Source: Heterodontus francisci
Taxonomy: Eukaryota
Reading direction: 5' to 3'
NCBI RefSeq assembly: GCF_036365525.1
Contig: NW_027140825.1
Span: forward strand, 1,302,001 to 1,366,000
DNA length: 64,000 nucleotides
Part shown: positions 13,050 to 25,949 of the stretch, one piece after another
How the letters are laid out: every line of letters begins with the position of its first letter
How positions within the stretch are numbered: position 1 is the stretch's first letter
The notes under the pieces: model-generated
Told to the model about the DNA's origin: nothing
What the model saw: the letters and a program-made list of their open reading frames with translations, nothing else
Databases searched by the model: none
Position numbers and translations under genes: made by a program

Positions 13050-13542
13050 CAGACTCCAGGCACAGAAATACAGCGCCGAGCGATTCTCCTGCAGGCTGGA
13101 GGACTCCAGGTTGAACTGGGAACCAGTCGGTCGTTTGGCAGTGAAACCCTCCACCGTCCCTTCTGAGTTCACACTTGGTGTAACTGCGGAGTAAAACATC
13201 AGCCGCAGCTCCTTCCCCAGGTCCTGTCTGTACCAGAACATGTAACCGCTACTCTGGCCCTCCACACGGCACTCCAGTCCCACTCCCTCCCCAGGAAATC
13301 TGGAGACGGCGGTGGGAGTCTGGCGGACCCTCGCTGAGATCGCGCCTGAAGGAAGAGACCGGGAGAGAAGAAGGTCAGTGAACAGGGACAATCTGGGATG
13401 TGAAGAATGAAGGAAGGAGAGAAAGATAGAGAGAAAGAAAATAAGAAAGAGAGCTGTTAACACAAACAATGGGGGTGTGGGGTGGAGGTGAGAAAGATCC
13501 CTTACTTTGAAATAAGACCATGAGACTCAGTAACAGATACAT
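13050..13542 (-). CDS. TRBV: V1: TCR beta-type V gene, CAWS/TRBV30-like family, inverted, open frame (leader 13542-13506, V exon 13345-13050)
   Basis: Leader MYLLLSLMVLFQ with gtaag donor; ttcag acceptor; V exon SARVRQTP..LECRVEG..MFWYRQ..LYFCAWSL in frame; followed by an RSS. Confidence 0.93.
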
Positions 13543-15390
13543 CTTCCACTGGAAGCTTATCCTGCAATTGGGAAATCAGTGGAAAGAAGAGAGTTGAGTC
13601 TTGTGAGAAGCCACATGAAGACTCAAGCAAGTGATTCAGGTTTGTCCAACACCTTCCTACCTTCCTACCACGCCCCGCTCTCTACCATTGGCTGCCAGTA
13701 GTTGCTGTTGCATTTGTTGGTATAGATCTGCTGCTGAAGTTGTTGTTGTATTTGTTGTTGTATTTGCTGGTGCTTTTCTCCGACTGAGGTTGTTGAATTT
13801 GTTAGTGCTTGAATCTTCTGCTGATCTGTTGTTGAATTTGTTGGTGTTTGAATCTCCTGCTGATATGTTGTTGAATTTGTTGGCGTTGTTTTCCTTTTGA
13901 GGTCGTTGTTGTGTTTGTTGGTGTTTTCCCTGCTGAGGTTTTTGTTGTACTTGTTTCCTTCCCTGCTTCAGTTGTTGTTCAATTTGGTTTTTCATGTTGT
14001 TGTATTTTTTGGAGTTTTTTCCCCCCTGCTGAGGTTATTTTCTCTTTTTTAATTCATTCATGAGATTTTGGTTGTGGTCAGCATTTATTGTCCATCCCTA
14101 ATCGTCTAATTGAGAAGGTGGTGCTGAGCTGCCTTCTTGAACCACTGCAGTCATGTAGGGTCGGTAAACCCACAGTGCTGTTAGGAAGGGAGTTTCAGGA
14201 TTTTGACCCAGTGACAGTGAAGAATTTTCACAATGACTGGAGTTCAGTGCGGTGAAGAACTTAACCCTATAACTCCCGTTTAGCAGAAGGGGGTGAAATA
14301 AAACTGTCTTGGCCCCGAAACAAGGCAGCAGGCTGACGGGTCTTATTGGGTCATCGTATCATGCAGGTCAAATCCAGGCCATTCAGCCCATCGATCCTGG
14401 CCTGGCAGCTCGAAAGAGCGACTTCCTCCCATCTTTCTTCATCTTACCCTATCAACAGATTCTTCTATTCCTTTCTCACTCATGTATTTATTCAGCTCCC
14501 CTTTAACTGCATCGTCTCTATTCGACCTCAACCCATTCCATTTGGTCTGTAATTCCACATTCTCTCCGCTCCCTGGGTTAAAGAACCTCCTCCTGAATTC
14601 CCAATTGGATTTATTAAGGACTACCTTACATTTATGATCCCTTATTTTCATCTTCCCTGTCCAATTGCTCCCACTCCCTGTTCTTTCTGAATAACCCTGC
14701 ACTTGATCTTGCAGCTTGTCTGCCTCCTTCCTACCATTACAACAGTGACTGCACGTCAAAATGTATTTGACTGGTTGAGGCTTGAGTGAAGCAGAGAACT
14801 GTCGGGCCGAATGGCGCGGATCTTTGCATTAACTTCCATCTAGTTCTGTGCCACAAGCGCCAACACGAGTCGAGTAGGAGAATATAACTAATGACTGAAA
14901 CAGGTTCAGTATCTGACAATGAAACGCCTGCAGAATCAGTGCTTGCAGTTGCACCTGGAGCCACTAGGTGCCAGTGTTACTCCACTGTAGCCGCTGCCCA
15001 GAACATGCTCAGACAGAGTGAGCTTTACCCACAGCAGCTCCACAGGTCAACTTGGCTGCTTCTGAAATGTTTCACTTCTCAACTATTTCACAGACACACA
15101 AAAAAAAAAACGCAGTTGGACTTCATCATGTTTGGTCTTTAATAGTGACCAGAGCACCCCGGATTCGCCTGAGGCCTCCTTAGCTCAGCCCATGAAATGA
15201 CCTGTCAACATGTCAACATGTGGGAGCCAATGAACCATCAGGAATTTGCACCCCCTCCCTCCCCCCAATGGGAACATGAAACAGTGGGGAGGAGGAGACA
15301 GTAAATGTCACTCAGAACATTGAGATTTTCTGCAATAAACCAGCTCAGTGATTTCACACAATGAACACATGGATCTGTCTCCCTCCAGAG

Positions 15391-16284
15391 ATGACTGTGT
15401 CTCACCTCTGCGTTGTGTTGCTGGTGTTAAGGGGTAAGGTGGACCTCGACTGGGAGATGTCAGTCATCTTCACTGCTCTTTCCCTGTGTGACCCCATTGG
15501 GAGTTTACCCCCTTACAAGGCACCGTCACTGTGATTATTAATTTAGCTGCTCTCTTTCTCTTTTTGTATCCCTTTCTCTATCTCTCTTTCTCTCTGTCTA
15601 ACAATAAATGTTCCTCTATGTCTGTCCCTCCCAGTCTCCCTGTCTCTCTGTCTCTCTTACTCTCTCTCCCTGTCCTCTTAGCTCCTTCATGTCTGTTGCC
15701 GATGTCTAGAATGTTGCTGTTTTTCTCTCTCTGTCTGTGCTTCCCTCTCTCTCTCTCTCTCTGTCTCTGCTTCTCTCCTTTTCTCTCACTCTTTTTCACT
15801 CTATGTCTCTCTCTCTCTTTGCAGCTCCCCGTCTCCCACCTCTCCCTTCTTACGAAGAAACACGGGACATTTAGGGCACACAGCAGGTCATTCAGCCCAT
15901 CGTGCCTCTCCCCTCTTCGTGGCCGATGTCAATTTAAACATTGTCCCTGGGTTTATCTCTCTCTCTCTCTCTCTCTGTTTTACAGATGTGGGGGCCGTGT
16001 TGATGCAACAGATTCCCGCTTCCATATCCTATTCCCCAGGCTCTCCAGTCAGTATCCAGTGTATTTACACAAAGGCAGATGCTGGCTCCGATATCCACTG
16101 GTACCCGTGGCATCCGGACCGTGAGCCCGAGAACCTTTTCTATTCCACCTCTGCCGGAACAGTCATTCCCTCCAGAGAGGTTGGCGGTTTCACCGCCAGG
16201 AGACCCAGCAACACCCATTTTTCCCTGGAGTCCACCAGCCTGTGGGTGAATCAATCAGCCGTGTATTACTGTGCCTGGAGTCTG
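15391..16284 (+). CDS. TRBV: V2: TCR beta-type V gene, divergent CAWS family, open frame (leader 15391-15433, V exon 15986-16284)
   Basis: Leader MTVSHLCVVLLVLR with gtaagg; tacag acceptor; V exon VLMQQIP..IQCIY..IHWYPW..VYYCAWSL. Confidence 0.9.
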
Positions 16285-16323
16285 CACAGTGACTCAGAAA
16301 GGTGCCAGATTTCAGCAAAAACT
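16285..16323 (+). other. 23-spacer RSS of V2
   Basis: cacagtg, 23 nt, gcaaaaact. Confidence 0.93.
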
Positions 16324-17466
16324 CTAAAGGGGGAGGAAAGCACTTGTGGGAGATGAACCCGTCTGTCTATCTCAGTGTCTTTCTGTCTCTCTGACTATCT
16401 GCAGGTTTCTGTGTCNNNNNNNNNNNNNNNNNNNNNNNNNNNNNNNNNNNNNNNNNNNNNNNNNNNNNNNNNNNNNNNNNNNNNNNNNNNNNNNNNNNNN
16501 NNNNNNNNNNNNNNNNNNNNNNNNNNNNNNNNNNNNNNNNNNNNNNNNNNNNNNNNNNNNNNNNNNNNNNNNNNNNNNNNNNNNNNNNNNNNNNNNNNNN
16601 NNNNNNNNNNNNNNNNNNNNNNNNNNNNNNNNNNGGTTATTTGCACTATTTATCTATCTATTTACCTTGATTATATATATATTTGTCATCGATTTATCTC
16701 TCCGTCTCTCACCTCTCTAAATATGCATCCACCATACATCTGACGTTTATCATCTATCTAACACCATTATTTACACCATACCAGTTTAATTATTGATGCA
16801 TCATGATTTGTATTTTACTGATAGTTTCACCTTCTTGCTCTCCTTCGACTCAGAGTACATCAATACATTATGAATTATTAAAAATGCTGCAGCAATGTGC
16901 TCAGATCCTTCTCGTTCAGGCAGCCTCTACCTGTAAAGAACAGATTCCGAGGTGGGGTAAATGGGTTTATGGTCCTGTTGAATGAGCTGTCGGTGGTATG
17001 TGACAAGAGTTACACATAGCTCCCTATTGTACATGTCCACGATGATTCATACAATGCAAAAGTGAGACACCTCCCCAGAGAGGTCTCTCACTGGAAGACC
17101 TGCCTCCTGACGGCGGTTTGAGCATCTGTTCAAAACAGTTAACCCACTTCTTCATGACACTGTCGCTTTTCAAAGTATCTAAGATTTCACCCCAATGTAA
17201 AACATAACCCTTGAATTGTCGTTTAGCACAGGGAAAAGAGCTACCCAATGCAACACCAATCAGACACAAGCAACGAGAGCCAGATACAGACGGGAAGCAT
17301 TTCCTTATTCAAGCTCCTTCCGACCAGTGGGTGTTATTATTCTGTCATACCCAGAAGTGAGGGGTCAGAAGGAAACCCTGCTTCCAGTGCTGTCATTTCC
17401 ACTCTCTGCTTTATCTTCAGCCGCCTGATATTGGTTCATGAACAGATTCAGCCCTCAGTCTGCAGG

Positions 17467-18282
17467 ATGCAGTTAGTCAAACTCTTCCTAATCGTCTGTT
17501 CTCTTCTTCCATGTAGGTATTCATCGTTCATAAAGATACCTGTGCTAAAATACATGCTGTGTTTTCATTCACTACTAACTTCTATCAAACTAGATTGATA
17601 AAACATCATTGCAGTCGATTTTCTGTCATTTCTTAAACTACTTACTTTACTTTCACTGTCAATAATATTTACTTAATGAAATTTATGACTGAATAAAAAT
17701 TACTTATATATTCGTGACGCTACTATACCTATCTTTAACCGATAAGTTTTCCCTAATTCTGGATTAATTTGTCTGTCTCATATCACTTGCTACATTATTT
17801 TACAATCTCTATATCTATCTGTGTATTATCTATATATCTACAAATATATCATTTAACGATATATTGTCTGCCTATATAGTTATCTAGTATTATCTACTTA
17901 TCTATTTGGATAGTTATAGTTGGTTATCATATGTCACAATATGTTCTAAACTTTTTAAACTATTCTCCTTATTTCTCAAGGCAAAACTCTAGCAGAGGTG
18001 ATACACCAGTGGCCAACTCTGGTGGTGGGGAAGAGAGGTGAACCAGCAGAATTAAACTGTTACCAGAATGACAGTAGTAAGAGCGTTATGCTGTGGTATC
18101 GGCAGTATGCCGGGCAGGGGCTCACCCTAATGGGTCATTTTATTAATGGAATCCCAGTCACATACGAAGGAAAATTTGAGGAGGAGGTGAAGATTTTAAG
18201 GCCCAAGGAGAGACGATGCAGCCTGAGGGTCCTCAAGGTTAAGGCTGCGGATGCGGCAGTGTATTACTGTGCAGCCAGTGAG
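17467..18282 (+). CDS. TRBV: V3: TCR beta-type V gene, open frame (leader 17467-17512, V exon 17981-18282)
   Basis: Leader MQLVKLFLIVCSLLP with gtaggt; V exon EVIHQWP..LNCYQ..MLWYRQ..DAAVYYCAASE. Confidence 0.92.
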
Positions 18283-18321
18283 CACAGCGCTGCAGACTGC
18301 CTTAGTGCCAGTGCAAAAACC
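18283..18321 (+). other. 23-spacer RSS of V3
   Basis: cacagcg, 23 nt, gcaaaaacc. Confidence 0.93.
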
Positions 18322-18669
18322 AACAGGGTGAACAACACAACTGACTGACAGACAGGAGCAGTGACAATGGTTCCCTGCCACACCAGCCATTTTCCAAGCT
18401 GGTGATTCCCGGATTCCTGAACCTTCATCAAGGGCTGAATGACAGGGAATAGCAGAAGGTACGAGGAAGAGAGAGAAGGAAAGAAAGAGATGTGCCTCAG
18501 ATCCCCTGCAAAATTTCAAAGTCCTCGTCTACACTGTTTAATTTCTGGCACTGTGTATGTTAAAACTAAATCACTGTCGCTGTCTCAGACTTGATTAAAT
18601 AATAGGTTAATTAATGATCTAAATAAGACAGAAAGTTAACATCACCATTGTGAAGTGATCGATAGAGTA

Positions 18670-19200
18670 TCAATCATCTACAAGGTACAAGTCAGGAGTG
18701 TGATGGAATACTCTCCACTTGCCTGGATGGGTGCAGCTCCAACTGCACTCAGGAAGCTCAACACCATCCAGGAAAAAGCAGCCCTCTTGATCAGCAACCC
18801 ATCTACTACCTTCAACACTCACTCCCTTTATCACATGGCAGAAGTGTGTACCATCGACAAGATGCACTGCAGCAAAGCATCGAGTGTCCTTAGACAGCAC
18901 CTTCCAAACCAACCAACTGTACCAACTAGAAGGACAAGGGCAGCAAATACATGGGGGCACCACCACCTGCAAGTTCCCCTCCAAGTCACACACCATCCTG
19001 ACTTGGAACTATATCACCGTTTCTTCACTGACACTGGGTCAAAATCCGGGAACTCCCTTCCCAACAGCACTGTGGGTGTACCTACCCCCCATGGCTCAAG
19101 AAGGCAGCTCACCACCACCTTCTCAAGGGTAATCAGTGTTGTGAAATAATTGCTGGCCTTGTGAAAGAAACTCACGTCCCATGAAGGAATAAGAAAAAAA
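18670..19200 (+). mobile_element. 3' fragment of a second LINE family (non-LTR RT C-terminus)
   Basis: IYKVQVRSVMEYSPLAW..LNTIQ.KA motif and a 3' end caccaccaccttctcaagg; related copies at about 14060-14220 (-) and 63350-63750 (-). Confidence 0.75.
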
Positions 19201-19489
19201 GTTATATCAGGTCTTTCACGACTTCAAGACGCCCCAAGACAGTTAACAGCCAATTAAGAACTGGAAAATGATAGTCAGATCCTCTGCTACTTCTTCTCTT
19301 GCTTTGATTTTTTTTTATTCATTCTGGGGACCTGGGTCCCTCTGAGAAGGCCAGTAGTTATTCAACATCGCTAATTGCCCTGGAGAAGGTGTGTGCTGCC
19401 TTGTAGATAACTGAAGAGTTTGCTAGGTCATTTCAGAGAGCAGTGTACTTAAAACACGGAAGCCAATTGGTGTACAGCACCATGCAATA

Positions 19490-19537
19490 GGCAGCAGAGA
19501 CAGGCAGATAGATAGCTAGGAAGGCAGACAGGCAGAC

Positions 19538-19587
<50 letters not shown>

Positions 19588-19900
19588 CAGACAGATAGAT
19601 AGACAGACAGACAGTCAGACAGATAGATAGAAAGACAGATGGGTAGACAGATTGATAGATAGACAGACAGATAGGCAGACAGATAGATAGACAAATAGTC
19701 AAATAGATTGTTAGATAGACAGACAGATATGCAGATAGGTAGATATGAAGACAGACAGACGGATTCATACAGATAGAGAGACAAATTGACACAGATAGAC
19801 AGACAGACACACAGCCATGCAGATATATAGATAGAGAGAAAGATAGACAGATAGCTACAGAGATAGATAGATAGCTGTATAGATAAATAGACAGAGATCT
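19490..19900. repeat. (GATA)n/(GACA)n microsatellite
   Basis: Directly visible. Confidence 0.95.
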
Positions 19901-20039
19901 TTTTCTCCCTTTCTCCATCTATCTCTATCACTGCCTCTCTTTTACTCTAACTGTTTTTCACCATATCATCCTCTCTGACTCTGTCTCGCACTATGTCTCT
20001 CTCTCATTCCTTGGCACTTTCACATACACTCTATCACTC

Positions 20040-21640
20040 CAATAGAATCGTAGAAAGTTTAAGGCACAGCAAGAGGCCAATTGGCCCATCGTGTCTGTGG
20101 CGGCTGAAAAACAATCCACCTATTCAAATCACACCTTCCAGCATTTGGTCCATAGCCCTGCAGATTACGGCACTTGAGGTGCATATCCAGACTCCTTTGA
20201 ATGAGTTGAGAGTGTCTGCCTCAACTACCCTTTCAGGCAGCGAGTACCTGACCCCCACCACTTCTAAGGTTTTCCTTTTCTCCCCTCCAATTCTTCTAAC
20301 AATCACATAAAATCTCTTCCCCCTCGTCACTGATCTCTCTGCCAAGATGAATAGACCTTTCACCTCCACTCTATCCAGGCCCCTTCAATATTTTTTACAT
20401 TTCTAACAGACCTCCCCTCAGCTTTCTCTGTTCCAAGGAGAACAACCCCAGCCTATCCAATCTTTCCGCACAGCTGCATTTTCCAGTTCTGGCAACATCC
20501 TCGTAAATCCCCTCTGTACCCTCTCCAGTGCAATTACATTCTTTCTGCATTGAGGTGACCAGTACTGCACACAGTACTCAAGTTGTGGCCTAACCAATGA
20601 TGTATACAGTTCCAGCATAACCTCCCTGTTCGTGTATTCCATACCTCAGCTAATAAAGGAACGGATTCCATATGCCTTCTTAACCAACTTATCGACCTGT
20701 CCTGCTACCTTCAGTAATCTGGAGACATTCACTCCAAGTTCCCTCACTTCCTCTACACTTCTCAGTATTTTCCCATTAATCGTATGTTCCTTTGCCTTGT
20801 TTGACCTCCCCAAATGCATCACCTCACACCTCTCCAAGTTGGATTCCATTTGCCACTCTTCTGCCCATCTGACAAGACCATCAATATCTTCCTGCAGCCT
20901 ACAGCTATCCACCTCGCGATCTACCACACGGCTAATCCTTGTGTTGTCTGCATACATCTTGAAAATGCCCCCCTACATTTACATCCAAATCGTTAATACA
21001 TACCACAAAAAGCAGGGAATCCAGTGCTGAGCCCTGTGGAACGCCACTGGGAACAGCCCTCCAGTCGCTAAAACACCCATCAACAATTACCCTTTGTTTC
21101 CTGCCACTAAGCCAATTTTGTATCCACCTTGCTGCATTTCCCTTGATCCCATGGGATTTTGTTTTTTTTGAACCAGTCTGCCATGTGCAGCCTTTTCAAA
21201 AGCCTTGCTAAAATCCATGTAGACCACGTCAACTGCACTACCCTCATCTATCTTCCTTGTTACTTCTTCAAAAAATTAGATCAAGTTGATAAAACAAGAT
21301 CGTCCCTTAACAAATCTATGCTGTCTATCCTTGATTAACCCATGCCTTTCTAAGTGACAGTTTTTCCTGTCTCCCAGAATAGATTGCAATAATTTTCTCA
21401 CTACTGAGGTCAGACTGACTGGCCTGTAATTAGTCAGTCTATCCTTCTCTCCCTTTTTAAACGGAGGCACAACATTAACAATTCTCCAATCCTCCGGCAC
21501 CACACCTGTGAGGACTGCAAAAAGATGGTCAGACCCTCTGCTATTTCTTCTCTTGCTTCTTTTTGCAGCTTCGGATTCATTTCATCCGGCCCTGGTGATT
21601 TATCAACTTTCAAGGATGCTAATCCAAATAATGTTTCCTC
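20040..21640 (-). mobile_element. Decayed CR1 LINE ORF2 3' half
   Basis: Fragment ORFs PEDWRIVNV, NYRPVSLTS, YADNT, LYTSLVRPQLEYC. Confidence 0.88.
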
Positions 21641-21703
21641 CCTCAGCTTCGCTCCCTTAAACCCAGAGCAACCAGCAGAAAGTGTCTTAATTCCGCCGCA
21701 AAC

Positions 21704-22045
21704 ATGCCATTCAATTTCATCGACGTTTGCTATTTTCCTTCTGTCGCTGAGTATGTTTAAATTCTGTCACAATCACTGTTCTACATTTGATCAACTGATT
21801 AATGATCTCAACAAGACTGTGCGGCGGTGACTTGTGAAATCAGCAATCAATTATTGAATATAAGACAGTGAACTCATTAATCTGTTCCCCCTTTTTTGGC
21901 AACAAAAGTGTGAAGAATATACTGTTAACCATATAACATCTACACCCACTTTTGCTCATGTAGATTTCACTCTTCTGCTTTACATCTGTACAGATACTGG
22001 CAGGAAATTAGGACAAAGACTGAATTTGTATCGTTAATTCTGCGG
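21704..22045 (+). pseudogene. Orphan frameshifted leader and intron, a duplicate of the V4 5' region with no V exon
   Basis: atgccattcaatttcatcgacgtttgctattttccttctgtcgctga|gtatgt and the following intron align with about 22795-23150, but no V exon or RSS follows. Confidence 0.8.
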
Positions 22046-22794
22046 GTAATAATCCTCTGCAGGAGAGGATGAAACACTGAGAAGGAGGATGAATTTCGGG
22101 AATTGACTTGAAGAAGCCCACAGCATGGGTTTCACTGGGAAAGTAACAAACACAGCTTGTTGCAGTTGCACCATGCTGCCACTGGTCGGCGCAGTGGCTC
22201 CACTATATTTCGCGCCACCACAGGCTTTGGCGCCGCTGATCAATGAGTCAATTCCTCTGCTTCCGCAATCTTTTCACTTTAAAGGCTAAATGCAGTTAGA
22301 TTTCCACTTTACAGTGATGTTATATGAGCCGCCGCCACTGCCATCGAACTATCCACCTTCTCTTCCTCCACTACTGATTTTAATTTGCAAAAGGATGTTA
22401 ATAATCCCCTGTTGTGCGCCATAAGCTCTGGAGTCACCCAAAGCAGCTATTGTTGCACCGCTCCTTGCTTTTTTCACCTACCCTCTCCAACACCTCGCTA
22501 CCTTCAAAATTTCCCTCGATTCAGCATGAAAGCAAGCTCACAAAGGGAAGAGAGTGAAGATATTGGCAGCAGAGTAGAAAGTGGGGAGGAAGGAGGGAAA
22601 TGGAGAGAAGAAACAAGTGGAAAGGGGCGGAAGGAAGCAAACAAAAGAATGGGGGACAACTTAAAGGTAGGGGCGGGGATCATTGCCTTGAGATAACTTC
22701 CTCTGATGACGATCCGCTCTGCCTACACCTCATCTCTCTCCCTCCCTTAAAACCCAGAGTAACCAGCAGAAAGTCTCTCAGATCCACAGCAAAC

Positions 22795-23529
22795 ATGTCT
22801 TTCAGTTTCATCGTCTTTGCTATTTCCCTTCTGGCGCTGAGTAGGTTAAAATTCTGTCCCAATCAATCTTCTACATTTGTTTAACTGAAAGGGATGATTA
22901 ATAATCTCTACAAAAACTGAGCGGCGGTGACTTGTGAAATCAGTAATCGATTATTTCATATCAGACAGTGAACTCATTCATCTGTCCCCTAGTTCGGGAA
23001 GACAAGTGTTATTAATATGATGTTAACTCTTTAATGTTTGCACCCACTTGCAAACTTGTGGATTCCACGATTCTATTTTACAGTTGTAAAGATCCAGGTG
23101 CTTGCAGGAAATTAGGACACAGACCGAATTTCCGTCGTTAATTTGGTGCAACACCGACGTCCATCGTCTCAATTGTAACTCCATCGATACTAGTTCATTC
23201 ACTCTAATTTCTCTTTCTAGGTGTTTGCCGGGGTGATGTGATACATCAATGGCCTCAGTCACTGGCTGTTAAACAACCAGGACCCGTGGAAATTAACTGT
23301 CTGCAGAAAGGAACAGTTCGCAACTACATGTACTGGTATCGTCAGTCCCCCGGCGGAGGATTCCTGTTAATCGGGTTTACCTATACAGCAGGTGAACCTC
23401 AGTATGAAGATGGATTTAAGAGCGGGTTTGTTATTACCAGGACTCTGAACAATAAGAAATCCACTCTGACGATCGAGAGTGTGAACGCCACGGACGAGGC
23501 GGTGTATTTCTGTGCAGCTGGTGATGGGA
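22795..23529 (+). CDS. TRBV: V4: TCR beta-type V gene, open frame (leader 22795-22840, V exon 23221-23529)
   Basis: Leader MSFSFIVFAISLLAL with gtaggt; V exon DVIHQWP..INCLQKG..YMYWYRQ..YEDGFK..DEAVYFCAAGDG. Confidence 0.93.
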
Positions 23530-23568
23530 CACAGCGGTTCAGAGTCATTGGCCGCCTTGACAAAAACC
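23530..23568 (+). other. 23-spacer RSS of V4
   Basis: cacagcg, 23 nt, acaaaaacc. Confidence 0.95.
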
Positions 23569-23779
23569 CTCACACGTCTCCCTTCAAACGGGTGCATTTA
23601 ACCCAGCATTCCGTGAAGAGCAGCCCTGGCTGATCGGATGCGGATCTGCATCTGTTCAGTGCCCGTTCGAGTGGCAGAACGCCCATGTTCTAACTCCCCA
23701 CAACCTCCAGACAGGCAACACACACTGTCTGTGCCCACACCTGAATAATGGTTCATAGAACGGCTCTTCAACACGTACC

Positions 23780-25150
23780 TCTGTCAGACCACACCTGGAG
23801 CACTGTGCACAATTCTCAGTTCTATATGCCTGTGTAGACGACATCTGAAGTGCTGGGGACAGTTCTTACATCCAAATACCTTACCTAGTGCGCATTTGGA
23901 GCCCTGTGTACAGTTCTGGTTTCCATCGACCTTGATTGGACCAAATCTGCAGTGCTGTGCAGAGTGCTGGTCTCCATATTACACAGAGAGATACGAGCAG
24001 AAGTACACAAACGATTTACAAGAATGATACCGGAGCACAAAAGGTTATAACTATGAGGAAAGATTGAAAAGTCTGGGATTCTTTTCCCCAGTCAAGAGAA
24101 GGCTGAGGGGTGACCTGATAGAGGTGCTCAAGATTATGAAAGAATATGACAGGGCAGAGAAGATGTCTGTATTTGTGAGGAAGGTAATGAATACATCATA
24201 CTCACTAATAACTCCAAGAAATGAATTTACACAGAGTGGTAAGAATGTGGAATTCGCTAGCACACAGAAAAATGATGTGTATAACCAGATATATATAAAT
24301 GGATGCTGGATAAAAACATTAGGGAGCAGGAAATAGCACGTCATACTGATAGGGCTGGTTGAAGACATTGTTCATGTTCTTTCATCGGATGTGGGAATAA
24401 AATGTGAGAATAAGCTAACCAGCAATATAAAAACAGATGGTCGGAGCTTTTACATAAAAAGCAAGAGAGTAGCTGAAGCTGACGTTGGTTCCTTCGAGGT
24501 AAAGGCAGGTGAAATCATCATGAGGAATGGGGAAATAGCAGGGGAATTGAACTAATATTTTGTGCTTGTCTTCACAGTTGAAGACACAAGTTCCATCCCA
24601 GAAATAGGCAGTTATCTGGGGCTTAAAAAGAGTGAGGAAATTAAGGATATTCATATCAATTGAGAAAAACTTTTGGAGAAACCTGAGGGATTAAAATCTG
24701 ACAAGTCCCCTGGAACAGATGGATTATATACCAGAGTTCTAAAAGAGATAGCTGCAGAGAGAGTGTGGGCGCTGGTTATGATTTGCCAGAATTCCTTAGA
24801 TTCAGGAATGGTCCCATCGGAATGAAAGTTAACAAATGTTCCACGGCTTTTCAAGAAAAGAGGCAGTGAGAAATCTCAGGATAAGGGATCAGTCATTCCG
24901 GACTGAGATGAGGAGAAATGACTTCACTCAAAGGTTTGTGAAACTTTGGATTTCTCTACCCCAGAGTGTTGTGGATGCTCCTTCACTGAATACATTTAAG
25001 GCTGGAATTTTTGATCCCTCAGGAAATGAAGGGATATGGGGAGCAGGCAGGAAAGTGGAATTGAAGCCCAAGATCAGCCATGATTGTATTGAATGACGGA
25101 GCAGGCTCGATGGGATATATTGTCTTCACCCGCTCCAATTTCTTGTGTTC
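23780..25150 (+). mobile_element. Old CR1 fragments
   Basis: LGFFSPVKRRLRGDLIEV, aagtcccctggaacagatgg (KSPG.DG) and FTQRFVKLW remnants. Confidence 0.65.
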
Positions 25151-25949
25151 TGTGGGTCTCAAGTCACATGTAGGCCAGACCAGGTAAGGACGGTGGATTT
25201 CCTTCCCTAAAAGAAATGAGTGAGCCAGCTGGGTGTCAGGGCCCCTTAACAGAGACAAGCTTTCAATTGCAGATTTTCTGATGAAATGATTGTATTTATT
25301 CATTAATTGAATTTAAATTCCACCATCTGACCTGGTAAGATTCTAACGCATGTCCCGTAGAGATTCACCCCGGCCTAATTCGATGTCACCAGCGTCAGCA
25401 GCCGAAGCAATGGATAAAAAATGGGAAGACGGAGCAATTACAAAGCATGTCTTCATAATGCCTATTTTATCAATTGCACTGTGCAAATCTCAGGTGCCTG
25501 TAGTTACACATTACAGCCACGAGATGGGGATGGAGCTCCACCGCAGTCTGAGTCCCACTTGCTTCTGAAAAGACTGAGCGAGCAAAGCAGCAGTGACTTG
25601 ACCAATCTACCAAATAGTCAATTCCACTAACTCTGAAACAGATTAAAATCATAACCATTCCACCCAAAATAGACAACTGGATTTCCCCAAGTCTGCTCGT
25701 TCATAGTGACTGGTTTGAGCAAACACTTGTGATATACTAAAACAAATGATCTGAAGGAAGTAAAGAGGGGAAGCAAAGTTAGAAAACAGTGAAAGAAAAA
25801 TGGAGAAGGAGGAATTTCATATAAAGAAACACATTCAGGGATGTGCACATCACTGACAATGTCAGTATTCATTATCTATGCCGAATTGCCCTTAACTGAA
25901 TGACTTGCTCGCCCATTTCAGAGGCAGTTAACAGTGAACTACATTGCTA

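Noticed and set aside
15347-15356. agtgatttca resembling the mammalian V-beta promoter decamer AGTGAYRTCA
   Set aside because: One mismatch in the CRE core and not seen at matching positions before the other V leaders; could be chance.
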